A DNA stretch of 64,000 nt from Raillietiella orientalis (Eukaryota), in assembly GCA_036172245.1 (NCBI GenBank), contig JAYWIR010000111.1, positions 62,001 to 126,000 on the forward strand, given 5' to 3'. Below are positions 48,680 to 62,160 of this stretch, one piece after another; within the stretch, counting starts at the first letter, position 1; every line of letters starts with the position of its first letter. The position numbers were made by a program, and so were the translations under genes. The notes under the pieces are model-generated. The model worked only from the letters and a program-made list of their open reading frames with translations, did no database searches and was not told the origin of the DNA.

Positions 48680-50850
48680 CGAGTGCGGACGTGTTTTTCT
48701 TCGCTTTCGTCTCTGTGCTTTCATCCGGTTCATCTTGGCGTCGTACATTTTGACGACGATGTCGACCCAACCCGAAGCTACCCAAGTTGTAGGAACAGCA
48801 TTCGGATCTGCAATCGCGGAACCGACGGCCGCCTCCACTTCGTCTTTCTCGACACTGGAGAGGAGTTTTGCTGACGTTGCTGCCACAGCAGCCGTCAAAG
48901 GGAAACCACTCGACGAGTCGGAGTTGCGGGCATACGTAGCCCAAGGCTATAGACCTGCTCTCCGTTATAGGGTGAGTGGCTTTCTTTCTGCGCGCGACGG
49001 GAATCAGTTCAACGATGAACTGACTCGTGTTGGCGTGCGGGAGGATGACCTTCTCGCCATTATGCCCGTAAAAGACATGGGCTATTTCAAGGTGCGTTGC
49101 AAAGACGCTGCACTTGTGCAACGCTTGCTGCACACCCCGTTGTCGATCCGTGGCCAGAAGGTCTTCCCGGCCGCCATGGACGACTCGTTTGTGGCGGAGA
49201 TTTTCGACATCGAGTCGGAAATCTCCGATATTGATATTCGGAACGCGTTGGCGAAATTCGCCACGGTCCATGCGCTGTGGAGGGTGCGTAGCAACCTGAA
49301 GGACTTCCCGTCCATACACAGCGGAGTCGCTGGAGTCCGGCTTACAATGCCGGACCGCCGTCTGCTGCCCACGAAACTACAGGTGAAAGACACGGTCGTT
49401 CACCTGTGGTTCGTGGGCAAAGTAAGAACGTGCGAGCAATGCGGGAAGGAGGGGCATTGTTTGGATAAATGCCCCTCTGGAAAATGCCGTTATTGCAAAC
49501 TATCCGGGCACCAATTGAAAAATTGCCCGGATCTTTTGCGAAAAAAGGCAGCCGCGGAGCTTCATTTTAAAAAACAAAGCGCGGATAAAAAGAAAAAATC
49601 TGCGAAAAACCTGGAGACCCCACGGCAGAAATTCCGAAAGAACGCGAGGCGGAATGTCGCCCCAAAGCAGCAGGAAACCTCGCACGCGAAGCCCTGCGCT
49701 CCCCCTCTCGCGGCAGGGGAGCCGCAAAAGAAAGGGTGCGGGGAATCTGGGGCAATGGTAAGTCACCCTAGGCGCAATAGCTGTTCTAACCAAGCACGCC
49801 CGGCTCTTTCGGAGTCCGAGCAACCGGCGGGGACGTCAATGGACAACGGCGGTAAGGACACTTCCAGTACCGTCAGATCCATCCCTTCACCTCCTGCAGT
49901 GGCTGAGAAGCCCCAATCGAATAAGAAGGGTTGTGCCGTGTCCACTTCGGAAGTCGGCAGGAAAAAAAAACCCGCGTCGCGATCCAACACCGCGAAAGCG
50001 GAGAAAAATCTCACGCCGTCGCAGTCGGAGAGCAAGCTGTCGACTGGCGCGGATGCCATGCCAACGAAGGGATTAAAAGCCCTTTCGAAGGCAGCGTCCA
50101 TGACGAGCGTGTCGGAGCCATCGATACTGCTCCCTTCAAAGACGCTGATGGCTTCAAAGATGGCAATGGAGCACAATCTCCATTTACTGCGCCACGCGAA
50201 GTGAGGAACCGTAATGAAGTAAAGAAGACTTCAGCAAAGGTCCCTCGTGCAACTGCGCGTGAGCACGCTGAAAACGAGAGCGCCGGGAAAGCAGCCGTCA
50301 CCAAAAGCGATGCTCTTGTGACGGAAAACGAAAACAGGACAGCTGTCAATCCAGCAGAACCTGACACTGCTTCGCGGAAGGCCGAAACCCGATCGAACAT
50401 GCGCCGGTCGGACTCCGAAATGGATGCCCTTCCGATCACCGAGACGAGGACAACTCGTTCAAAAGCGTGTGCGCGCCGATCAAAAGTAGGTAGCCTGGCA
50501 ACGCTCGCCGCGAAGCAACGCGAAGTCTCCACGAAACCCGACGGGGATAAGCCTGGCGTGGAGGCATTACATGCATGCAGCACGACAGAGGACGGTGGCG
50601 ACCGTCTCCTCCAGCCAGTCGTGCTGCTCGCCGTCTGCTCGCCGGATAAAGCGAGCAAAAAGCCGCCACCTTCCCAGCAGTAATGCGGGGAATCGCGTCT
50701 TCTCGTCGTCTGTCCGTAACGTGTTGGAACGTGAACGGATTACAGGACTACGAGAAGAGGCGATTAGTAGCCAACGCCCTGCGCCCCTTCGATCTTACGC
50801 TCCTTCAGGAGATTCACGTAATCTCCGACGAGCAGGCAGCCGAAATCTAG
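48680..50850 (+). mobile_element. Family B copy B3, head-to-tail after B2, broken early in ORF2
   Basis: B 5' end lies directly after ATTTCAAT. ORF1 spans 48759-50683, followed by TAATG and the first ~55 codons of the endonuclease. Confidence 0.92.
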
Positions 50851-51920
50851 GATGGTCTCCCAGTATGGCGGCTACGTCTCGTCTCTTACCGTCGTCGCGC
50901 AACCCGTTGACGTTCCAACAGGTGATGCGCAAGCGGCGGCAGGAGGCGAGCCCACGCATTGGTGTGTTTATTGTGGGGTGGAGGCGGCCTCCTCCCTTTC
51001 GGGAGGCGGCTCGTTGGCGGCCGTGACAACGGTCGGCTGCTCACACGGGAGCACGTCTTCCACGGCGACATCCATCGGGCTGTCTTCCGAGACACGGATC
51101 GGAGAGGGGTCGCGTGGCGCGACGCACACTGCCTCCTCCTCCGTGCTCGAGGACATGGCCTCCCCATTCGCGGAGGGGCACACGTCTCGGGCAACCGGTC
51201 TTCTTGCCAGCCCTCCTCTTCTGCACGGCTGCGGAAGTAGAACAACAGGCTTCGGTTTCGGACTCGGAATTTTCCGGGCGATGTGGAGGCACTCGGGTTT
51301 CGCGCGCCTCCACATCGCGTGCAGTGTGGGGAACGCCTCGAGTGCAACAATGATGTCGCCGGTCCGTTATTCTCTGCCAAATGCCGGATAGGTGGACCAC
51401 GAACGATTGGTCCAGGGCCGAGGGGACGACCTCCTTACCCCTGATTTTCAAGGGGGTTCGCAGTAGGCGCTGGACGAGGGCTGCATCCTTGCAGTGGACA
51501 TCCCAAGGGCCTACCGCGCTCACTTGCATAATTGCCAGGAGATCGTCCTCTCGGACCCCTACGCGTTCCAGCTCGCTCCAGAGCTGGTTGCCCGTCCCAT
51601 CCCGGTACGCGGCACTGACCTTGTAGGCCAGAGGGGGTTGAAGCCGCTAGCGGCGTACGCCCGCAGCTCTGCCTCGTCGAGTGAGGCTCCGTGAGCCGCC
51701 GCTGCCTTAGCAACGGCGCCAAAACTTCTCGCTGGAGGCTAGGAACGATCGATGGAGGCTTCCACTCCTCCCGAAGAAGGTCCTGCGACGCAGTGAGATT
51801 CCTCCACCTCCATTTGTGCGGGCACTGGCTTCATTTTCAAATGAAAAATCGCACCACACCCAAAAGAAACAGCCGCAAAGAAGCACCAAAGACGAAGCGC
51901 AAGAATGCACGTCGGAACAA
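50851..51920 (-). mobile_element. Family G 5' fragment (5'UTR, internally deleted ORF1, start of endonuclease), inverted against B3
   Basis: Minus-strand MKPVPAQMEVEE (ATG at 51834), LDEAELRAYAASG and CKDAALVQRLLRTPL, then MRGLASCRRLRITCWNVNG. Confidence 0.8.
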
Positions 51921-52043
51921 TGGAAAGGAATCGGCTGTTTATCCTGCATCCAGGCGGAGAAGTTGGAGAAGCTACAAGCAATTTAGCTTTTTGCCGAGCT
52001 GGATGGCTCGTAGCTTTCTTCACGTTGTAGCTTTCTTCAAGTT

Positions 52044-55000
52044 GCCGTGAAGGGCGTGCGCTTCGATGACGACGGTCGGGTCGGTCAGCTGATTCTCAGC
52101 TGGTCCGATTCGATCGAACTGATTGTCACGAATGTGTACGCCCCGAGCGGAAAAAAAAGATACAGCGACCGTACCAGGCTGTTGGAAACCCTTAAGCGCG
52201 AATGGCTGGCCGATATGAACGTGCGGAAGGCAAAACTGATAGCTGGGGACTTTAATCTCCGTCTGCTGTCAGGTGAGCCCGAAGCACATGAACGCACAGC
52301 CAACGAGTTGTGCGCTGCCATGCGCACGCGCAACTTGCTGGCGGACGTGGAGGGCATGGACCGCAGCATAGACCACGTCTTCCTGGATGCCGACCTGTGC
52401 TCGCGGTTCGGCAAACGGGGGAGAGTTGGGTCGACGCTGTCGAACCATTCACGGTTAATCGCAGAGGTAAGCCCGCGCGACCAAGGACACCGTCCAGGGC
52501 CTGGCGGCTGCCTGGGGACTGAACGCGGCTTTCAGGTGAGAAGGAACACCTTCGTTAATTCCTGAGAGCAGTTCTCCGCCTCCAAAAGCGCTACTACTGC
52601 TCGTTGTATGCTAGGGAGCCGGCGGAACGCAGTCTCTCGGAGCTGCTTCTGAAGGCGGATTCCCCTGCGGTCGACGAGGAGGAACGCGCCACTCTTGACT
52701 TGCCGTTCACGGCGGAAGAAGTGTCTTCCAACATAGCGGGCCTCAAGAAGCGCAAGGCGACAGGTGAGGATGGTCTGCCTGTGGACTTCTTCCAGTGCTT
52801 CGCGGCGGAACTGATCCCCCTGGTGTTGAGGCTTTCTGCGCGGATGCGAGTGACGGGCAATGTACCTGCCTCGTTTTGCTCAGCAAGGGTGCGTCTGTTG
52901 CCGAAAGGCGAAAACATGCGCCTTTAAAGCAACTAGCGTCCCATCACCTTGGTGAATGCGGACGTCAAGATGTTCTCCAGGCTGTGGGTAGCGCGCCTAG
53001 GCAGGATCACTGGATTCGTGGTAAGTCCGGAGCAGTCTTACGCTGTTCTTGGGCGGTCCATGGAGGCGAACCTGTGATTGGCGCGCACGTGGCTCGAGCT
53101 GCAACTTTGCGTGGCGCACGACAGCCAGGCTACCGCATCTGCGGCTGCCGAGGCTAGCAGTCGCTGCATTCGACCTAAGAAAGCGCCGTGTGCCTTCGCG
53201 GTCGCGGTCGATCTCCACAAGGCGTTCGACTGCGTAAACCAGAAGCTGCTTTTGGAGCTTATGGAACGCCTTGGGTTCCCGGCGCAACTCCTGCTCTATT
53301 TGTGCGCGTGCTGGCGCAACGCGCTAACCTGCATTACTTTCAGCGGCTGCCGCGTGTATGGTATTCCCGTTCGTAGGGGCATCCGACAGGGCGACACCTT
53401 AAGCCCGTTGCTCTTCAGCATCTTCTTTGAGTTGGTGCTAAGTGCATACAGGCTGACGCTGTCTCATTTGCCAAGCTTCTGCCCGGGAACGCCTGCCGTG
53501 GCTGCCTACGCTGATGACCTGCTTCTTCTGCTCCCCATGTCCACCCCGGCGTCCAGTGTCGTGGATTTCTTCGACCTGATTCGTCGGGGAGCGGGCGTGA
53601 GCGTGAACAGAGAGAAGAGCGTGGTCGTTCCTGTGAGTACGTCGTGGGAGGGGCAGTCCGACTGGATCCGCCTGGGGATCCGCACGGGCGGGTACTTTAA
53701 GTACCTTGGCGTTCCGTTGGGCGCTTTTGGCGCAGCCAAAGAGTGGGCGCACTGCCTTCAGAAAGCAGAGTTGGCCATCAGCCCGTTCTTTAACGGCAAG
53801 TTTACCTTGCAGGAACGGGCGACTATTTGGAACACCTTTGTGGCCCCCTCCTTCGTCCCCTGTTTTTTGTTTTGGACCCCCCTATGTGGCAAAACCGCGG
53901 GCTAAACGCCTGCTCAGGAACGCTCTCTGGGGTCCGGCGAGATCCAGGATCCGCCTTAAAGATTTGTCAGCTCCGCGTCGGGATGCTGGTTTGGGTATCC
54001 TAACAATGGAGGGAATCGGACTGCAGGTGCAGTTCCGACTGCTGGCACTGTGTGCCCAGCTATGGACATCCTCCCTGTGTGTGCCAGCCCGCATTCTCCT
54101 GCGGAGATGCGCCGGCAGCGGAGGATTTCTCTCGCTTTTGCCGGGCACTCAATACAGGAAGCGGGGTTTCGGGTTTCCATTGCGGCAGTTGACCGCACTT
54201 CTGGAAGCTCACTCGTGGATCTCCTGCCGCCCAATGAACTTTGAAGCTTGGCGGCAGGAGTCTGTTGAATCCTGGGCGGCGTTCCAAGGAATACGCCCTG
54301 AAGATCTTCGCCCCCTGCGTCAATTTTTTCCACGATCCTTGGAAGAAGTACTGCAGGACGAGGTGAAGTTTTCTACCCTGGCTGCCACGCCTCTTGCCGC
54401 AGCGCTGTCTGCCCTCAGGGCAAGAAACGACAGTTACGAACCGGCGAGGTGGGAGGTTTCCTGCACGATAGCGGGAAAAACCAAACTCCTTGGCGCCTGG
54501 AAGACGAGTGAGTTGGCGGACGCCGCCACTCCTCGTGTTACTGCAAAGGGACTCCTCCGGTGGGCAGAAGAACTTGCTGTCACCCCCGAAGAACTTGTAG
54601 TGCCTCAACAGTGTATTGACAGTTCGCTGCTCCCCCTTGCTTGGAAACAAGCCGTGCTGCTTTTCGTTCACTGGGGTTTTCAGTGCAACGAGCGTTGGCA
54701 TCGTGACTCCGGGGGACTTGCGTCTGCGAACTGCGTTCGGTGCGGATCGACGGAGTCGATTCCGCACCTACTTCTGGACTGCGGTGTCCTACAAGGACTG
54801 TGGCGTAGGCTGGCAACAGCACTAATGCATCCCGTGGACACCGCAAGAGAGTTGCTGCGACGATTCTTCACGCCGAGGGGGCTGTCACTAAGCGCAAGGT
54901 TTGCAACCATCGGTTGCATACGCGCGATAGTTTCCGTCCGCCAGGCGTTGGTAATCAACGGACAGCTCTAAGAGGTAATCAGCAAAGCATCCTTCTACAT

Positions 55001-55417
55001 GGGAGCATCCGCTAGATGGCCTCATTTGACAGAGGAGACAAAAAGGAATCTCCCCGCAATACACCGCCGGTTTACACACCCTCAGCAGCGGCCAACCCGG
55101 TGATCATTGCCCTACCCTCCATAAACTAGTTTTGTATTTCCTTTTTACACCCGCGTCCCCATAGGCTCCGGAACATTTTAGGTGCTCATCGTTTAAATCC
55201 CCGTGAGTACGGAGCCTAACCAAAAACCCTTTTTGCCTTCCCTCCAGTTTTTGATTTTTGTTTGTTTCCCCTCATTCCCCCCACGCTGCGAGCGGTTTGT
55301 TTACCAGGCCTGCGTTTCGGTAATTTTTCTATGTTCGCTGTCGTTCTGTTGGTTGAAGACATTGTCCCTGACCAGTTTATTATTATTAATAAACGCCCCG
55401 GCGTGACCGGGTGATAA
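52044..55417 (+). mobile_element. Chimeric ORF2 remnant: A-type endonuclease, E-type RT N-terminus, B-type RT and 3' end
   Basis: 52044-~52570 matches the A endonuclease. ~52590-53200 matches E (YAREP..LLLKADSPAVDEEER; ARTWLELQ). ~53240-55417 matches B, including its 3'UTR and hairpin. Confidence 0.88.
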
Positions 55418-58400
55418 ATTTCGACGGGCTGCTGCATCCGCGGCATCGTCGGCACAGCCCGCTCCGTGATGACGGCTCTCTCTCTCAACGACGGACGGAC
55501 ACTCTGACAGCGGCATCATGGCGAGGACGGTTGCAACGTAGCCTTACGCAGTTCAGAAAACAGATATCCGCTGCAATTATGTTTCCATTCACAACGATTA
55601 TCTCAGAAGAAAAGATTTCAATTTCTTCAAAATTCATAGCGATCCTCGAGACTCCAGTATCAATAACATTTCCATTGTACGCTTTTAATGACAAACCACC
55701 AAAAAAAGAAAACAAAACAGGTTTATGAGGCCCGAATTCTGAATTCATTGCATCTGCTCCACGTGTTTTTTTCTTTTTACGGCCCCGAAAATTTTAGACT
55801 ACAATCCAGACCTCTATTTCCAGACTGTAATCTAAAAATTCTCGAAATCAGAATATAGAATAACGGGAGAGCATATGGCTGTGTTCAAATGAAAGCCAAT
55901 TATTTTGCGTCTTGTATGCGTGCTCATGCTTGCATCTGCGTCACAGTCCTGCAGAATTGCCAGCTCTACATCCCTCAGTGTTTGCGCAACTACGAGCAAG
56001 TGTGGTTGCTATAACTATTGCTCTCATGTATGCCTTCATACTAAAGACTTAAGATTAAAACGCTTTTTCAAAATGAAATTACTGTTACTCAACTAAAATG
56101 ATGTTGATAATGGGATGAACTTGGTGTCTCGGCGTCCCGAGCTCCCTTTTCGAGATGTGTTTCAGCATGGCACGCATACCGGTGGAGTCTCTGTTACTTT
56201 AATCACACACGCAATAGCAGTCATGAACGTCCAAAGTTCGTTTGCTGTGCTGCACATATTGAGTTAATATGACAGTAACAGGATTGCTTGCAAGTAAAAA
56301 TAAAAAGGAAAAAGACATCTTTGTGATTTCCTCTCCAGGAAAGTCTAGCAGACGGCTAAAGTGGTACTTACAAAATTCGGTTTTCCGAAGCCGAACACCA
56401 CCGTACTGTGTTCAAAGATTCCATGATGTCAAAGTGGTAGACTATTTCAGAAAAAAGCGGATTCACAAAGCTAGAAATTTACATTCCAGTAGTTGTATTT
56501 TGCTAAAGTTACATGACTTCGCTTACCGTAGATCATTTGTGTGAGCTTTCTGTTTGAGAGCACCTATGTATTTCCTAAACGGCACCTCTGCTCCACAAAG
56601 AAGGCGATCGCTGGGAAATCAGGAATTCACACGAAATAAAGCGAAAGATATTGTTTGCCAAATCTGCACCGCAAAGCATCGTTCCAGATTTAGCGAATGA
56701 TGAAGTGTGGACAAGCCGCAGAATCAGCATTTCACAGTCCAGTGAATACCCTGGGTACATTGATATATATCCTCAAAATCTGTACGAATCATTGTTTCCT
56801 CGCCTCTGTGGCAATTACCGTGTGTGCGCCGCTGACAACCAATCAAGTCAACCTAGTCATTTTTGGAAGAAGTATCCCAGGAGTCAACTGACTGGACCGT
56901 TAAATGGACCAGGAACGAGAGCAAGGACTAAAGCCTACAAAGTAAAAAGTACAATTATGAGGATCCGATGACAATAGAAATGTATGGTGAATTGCTTCTG
57001 AATCATCACGTCAGGTAGCACATCAATTGGGTCTTTTCAATATTCTTGTGCCATCCCATATTATGGTATCTCAGTTGAATCGCTCGTCCACACAGCCAAT
57101 TCACTTGTGCGCTAGGAACAGCCTTTCGTTTAGTCGACTGTCCTTCTTTAAGTGTCTCACTGTCCCTGGTCGATTCCTGCAGACATGTTCGGCAAATCTA
57201 ATTCCCAGAAGGCTGTTGGCCTACATATGCATAATGTCATTTAATTCCAGTACAGATTTCCGATTCGTTCCCAAATCAGCGAAATAATGGAAGTGTATCT
57301 TATAAACGCAGCTGTCTGCATCGACCTCACATTTCTTTGATTAATCTAAATGCTACGACGATCTACAAAAAGGTCAGGCGATTGCAAAAATTAAAAGTAG
57401 CTATTCACGAATGAACCTAATTTCATATGTAGAACTGACCATTACAAAAGAAGAATGGAAACCTTCAAATTTGCAATGCTCCTAAGTATTATCTCTGAAA
57501 TGTTTTCGATTTGTTCCCTCCCTTGGATTGTTCTTCCATGCTAGATTAAGAGTCAATTCACAATTCAGATTTTTCTGAGCTCTTCTAAGCTTTCCTTACT
57601 ATCCGCTATTAAAGTATCTCTATTTGATACAATTCTTCAATTAAAATCAGGTATCTCAGTGACATTGCAAGTGTATGAATTGTTTACTGCGATTTCTCAC
57701 AACAGTTGTGTGTATCTGTGTACGAACACAATTTCTTGCTCGAAACCCTCTAGTCAGTGACAATACATTGACTCAGATACCAAATGAATTTGTGAACAAT
57801 CAGCAATTTTCCCAATAATTGCTGCTAATTTTCGATGTTTGCGGTCCTCATAAGTACTCGGAACAAAAATGGCAGCGCAGAAGGTGCACAGAATTCACTG
57901 TCGTTTCCAACGTAATCTTGCTTGGAAATCTATGACTAGGACTACACCTTATTGATTGCCATATTGTGTTGATATTCGTAGGTTTCCTTTTTTTCCCTTC
58001 CGAGAAGATGTTAACAAGGAAAGGTAAGCTTTCTTTCTCACTCATATCTTCATGTGTATAATTAAATAGCAACTTTTCTGTTGAGAAGGAAGACTTCCCT
58101 TTGTCACAGGTACACGTTTTTCTTTAAAATAGTCCGATGTCACTAGGACTCAGAGATAAGCATGAAAATTCCGATAAATATCGAAAGTGCTCACATCAGT
58201 CCATAGGAATGTTGCTCGTTTAGCATATAAGAGTATGAATTCCGGTGAGAAATCACTGGTATTCGTGGCTTCCAAAACTGTATAAATCAGGCTTCTTGGG
58301 AAAACTCTTTAATAATGATGAAAACCGTGCAAGTCAAGAAATGACTTTTCCACATTGTTGTTCTCTTGTGCCTCTATTTTTGTTTCCAATAACTACGTCT

Positions 58401-59619
58401 GAAAGCACCAATTGTCATCCTGTATAGGATGAGATGGTATGCTCTTTTACCTAGTGTTTTTATTCGAAGTGTTTCGCTGAGAAAAAGTGAGGCAAAAGTT
58501 GGTGTGTAAAGAACACCTCAATTCCGTTTCCAAAAAAGTGGCACTTGCGTTTCCCAGTAGCTCGACACTCTCGCAGCACCCCCACACGCACCATTCCGGA
58601 AATGTTCCTTGCTAAGTAGAGCGCTCTGCTTTTCTTTTGCCAAGCAAATCCTCCGTCAGCAGCAGGGGAGCTTGCTAGCACGACGTGCATCAGCGAACAT
58701 CCAACACCGTTCTGCTGCGCTGGCAGCCCGTCAGCAGGGCTACCCGACTTGACAATGTGTTCGCCCGGCGCGGGGATGAACACCACTTGACGGTGAAGTA
58801 AGGGGATCGTCCCGCCTGAGCAAACAGTCCCTTGCGGGGGTACACGAGCCCACACTGACTTCTTGTATATGTTTTTTATGGTGAAGCAGCTAGATGGGAG
58901 CAGCGAGCCCGAGAAAAAAAGCCCTGACACTAGGAGCGGAAGAGCAACCAAGGATGGGGAACCGTTTCGAAACGTGTCGGAGAGAAGTGACGTTGGCGAA
59001 CACTCCAAACTTAACTAGAGCAGCGATGGCAAGCGATTGACCTCGCTGCGAATCTGCTTACAAGGGGATGGGGATTCCACTTCTCCGTTTAGCCTGCATC
59101 TTGGAAAGAGCCTTGTGTAGGAAACTACAATATTTGCGTCGGGTTCGCAGGCTAGGATAGGGTCCATCGCTACCCTTACCAGTCCACTGTTTCATAGGGA
59201 AGTTCCTCCATGTGCTGAATCCAAGAACTCTTCCTTACACATGTCCTCAGCGCTGTATACGCTTCACTGCCATAAATGTCATGCGGACGTTTTCTCGTTT
59301 GCATGACCTTACTTGCGCCTGCAACGTCAACTAGTAGTGCCCTTAAAAGAAAGTGTCTCGTTGCGTGCACAGCGCAATTTCCACGCTTGCATCTGGCATT
59401 GCTGACACCTCCCTGTTCCCAAGAAGCAAGCAGATCCTGGAATGGGGATCACTACAGCTACTCCCGAAACCGCATTGCAGAAGGCGTGAAGAAAAAGTGG
59501 TACGTGCATTTATCCCAATTTTCCCACAAGAATTTCCTTTGTACCGCGCCGATTGCGAAAATGGTAAACAGCCTCTTTCCTCTTCAGCTTCTTCCTAAAA
59601 GCGCTTTTTCCGCTTTTCT

Positions 59620-62160
59620 CGTCAGTGACCATTCTTACGGATGCACTTGTCTCCCCTTCTCACGCCATTGGTTCGCGCGTTACATGGAGCTTGTAAATAC
59701 CAGCTCTCGTTACGCACGCTTTCACCAAACCCGGCAGGCAGGAGGTTCATAGGTAACTCGTCGGAAAACTCCCGGACCGAGCGTTTTAGCGGTCCCAGTT
59801 CAGAAGCGTCTGCAAGCTGAAACCTCGTATGAATTCGCGGAGATACTTCGCGGCTTCCGGAATTTTCAGCCAGTTCCCCGTTAAGCGCCACGGAGATGAC
59901 GAGGGCACCCTATCGCGTAGGCGCACATCGAGTACGATCTAGTCATGGTCCGACAGTTCCGACGGTAACTTGCCGCGCCTGTCCACGCGTGAGCATAGGT
60001 GATGGTGAAAAAACACGTGATCTATGCTGTCGGCCATTTCCGGATCTCCCACGAACAAGTTGCGCGTGTGCATCTCTGCGTACAGCTCGTTCAGGCGGTC
60101 CCGAAGTGTAACGGACGCACCTGACAGCAGGCGAAGGTTAAAGTCACCTTTGATTAGGTGCGCTTTGCGCACTCTTGCTTCGTCCTGATATTCGGGCCTT
60201 AGGGGAAGTTAGAAATCTTTTCTTGCTTTTGCCCTTAGCGCTTCGCTGCCGCTTGGTGAGTACAGGTTGATAATGAACAGATCGATGGAGTCGGACTACC
60301 TGATGGTCAACTGCCCGACGCGACCGGCACTATCGAACCGTACGCCCTTATACGCAGCCTCGACAGCTGGACGAAGCAGGAACGCGACACCGCAAGGTTA
60401 GAGGTGCCGTAACGTCACAGCAGCCGTCCACCCTAGATACGCTCGATCTCCGTTGCTTGTTCTGCGGGTATCACGTGGATCTTCTGCAGCTGTATCAGGT
60501 CGAAGGATGCCAGGGTGAAGGCCACGTTTCGTCTCTTGCCGTCGGCGCTTAGCCCGTTGACGTTCCAACAGGCAATTCGCAGACGGCGGCAAGAGGCGAT
60601 TCCAAACATTATTGCTGGGAAAGTGGCGTTGCAGCACCTATTGCGATGCAGGTGTTGGGGATGTCCAAGGGGACGGTGGCATCTCCAGGCACCTGGGGAA
60701 GCAGTTCATCGTCCACCACCTTTATGCCCCCGTGCCGGAGCGCGGGATGATCTCGGGAGACGGGTCCCGGGAGTTACCCACGCTTATGGCACTCTCGCTG
60801 CTGGAAGGCATGTCTTCCCCTTCGCCGGGAGAGACGATATTCCGGGGCTTTGTGGACTTTCTTCCAGCCTTTTTGCGGGTTGCGGTGGAGATGGTAGCTC
60901 TCCTTCCGGCCTCCTCCTCGGGGTCGGAAGTGGGCGACTCCTGAAACGAAGCCTGACGCCTGACTGCCTTCCTGGCAGCCTAGGGAGCGGCCAGATGCAA
61001 CGAGGCAGGCAGCTCCTCCGCAGCGCGCTCGAAGTCGACGTCATCGAGCGTGGGCTCGATGACGAACGCCGCCGCCTCGCTCCCCACCTTGTTGACTTTG
61101 TGAACGGAGGGTTGAGCAGTGGCAGCAGCGAGTGCTTTAGCGCCGTATTCGTCGTTGGCGGGAATTCGCTCTACGACGACGCAGCAGCTTTTGTTTTTTC
61201 GCAGCAGGTAGCGGTTTTGCTCCGTTTCGCGATTTTTTGTGCCTGTATGGCACTTTTTTTTTCAAGGTTCACCTCCTGCCAACCCGACTCTTGGCTGACT
61301 CCCTCGAACTTTCCGACGCTTTTAGCCGTGGTCTCGGGGCTGGCCTTCGCCTTGGTGTCAAAGGTTATCTTTTTAGATGTAGCTCGCTTTTGCGGCTTCT
61401 TTCTTTTCTTTGCCATGTGCTTCCTCGCAATTTTCGAGGACGCGTCGCGGACTGAGTTTTCGGGTAGAGCAGACGGGTGTGCCCGGCTTGTTTACAATGC
61501 TGGCACTGCACACTCGGACATCTCATTTTGAGGTGACCAAAGCTGCTGCGACAGCCTCAGAACTTGGGTTTTCTCACGTACCACACGTCAGAGGATTCAC
61601 CGTGGACGGTGAGTATGTGGAGAAACTCCCACCCTTCGCGAACCGTTACTTGCGCTGCACCCAGGCCGCCCAGCACCCCGTCGTAATCAACAAAAGGTAT
61701 AGGCTTTCCCCACAGCGCGTGAACAGTTGCAACTTGATATAGTTCATTCCGGACGGCCTCCTTCGTCATCCGGAACGTAATACCGGTCAGGTGAATAATC
61801 ACCGACAAGTCTTCTGTAACTGGGAGAAGCCTCCGTCTGCCCGTAATTACGGGGATTCGCAGAAGTGTGTGCGCAACAGTTGCCTCCTTGCAGATAACTT
61901 CAACAAATTGACCCTCGCTTCTGATAGACATGGCCAGAAGCTCCTCCTTTTGTACGCCGAGAGCAAGCATCGCTAGTGGGAAGGCACCCGCGCTCTCTGG
62001 AGAATACAAATTCCCTACCTTGTATAGAAGGGGTAGGTTATACCCCTCTTCCTGGTAGGCGCGCATCTCCGCTATAGCCGCTGGCGTAGGTGCCGTAGCC
62101 ACGGCGTTCCAAGCCCTTAGCAGGGCCGGAAGCGTATCACTGGTGGCGGGAGCACCCACT
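59620..62160 (-). mobile_element. F/C-type element, 5' half (ORF1 plus endonuclease), degenerate
   Basis: ORF1 contains AEMRAYQEEGYNLPLLYKVGN. TAATG overlap at 60607-60611. Endonuclease motifs CWNVNG, KGDFNL, SIDHVF and SDH, then PAGFGESVRN. Confidence 0.85.

Noticed and set aside
58460..59620. GC-richer segment with 158-182 aa ORFs, possibly another decayed transposon
   Set aside because: No recognisable motif in any frame; needs a database search.
60515..61531. Long antisense or alternative-frame ORFs (also 8220-9131, 18995-19759, 38161-38946)
   Set aside because: Shadow ORFs of GC-rich retrotransposon coding sequence with no independent motifs.
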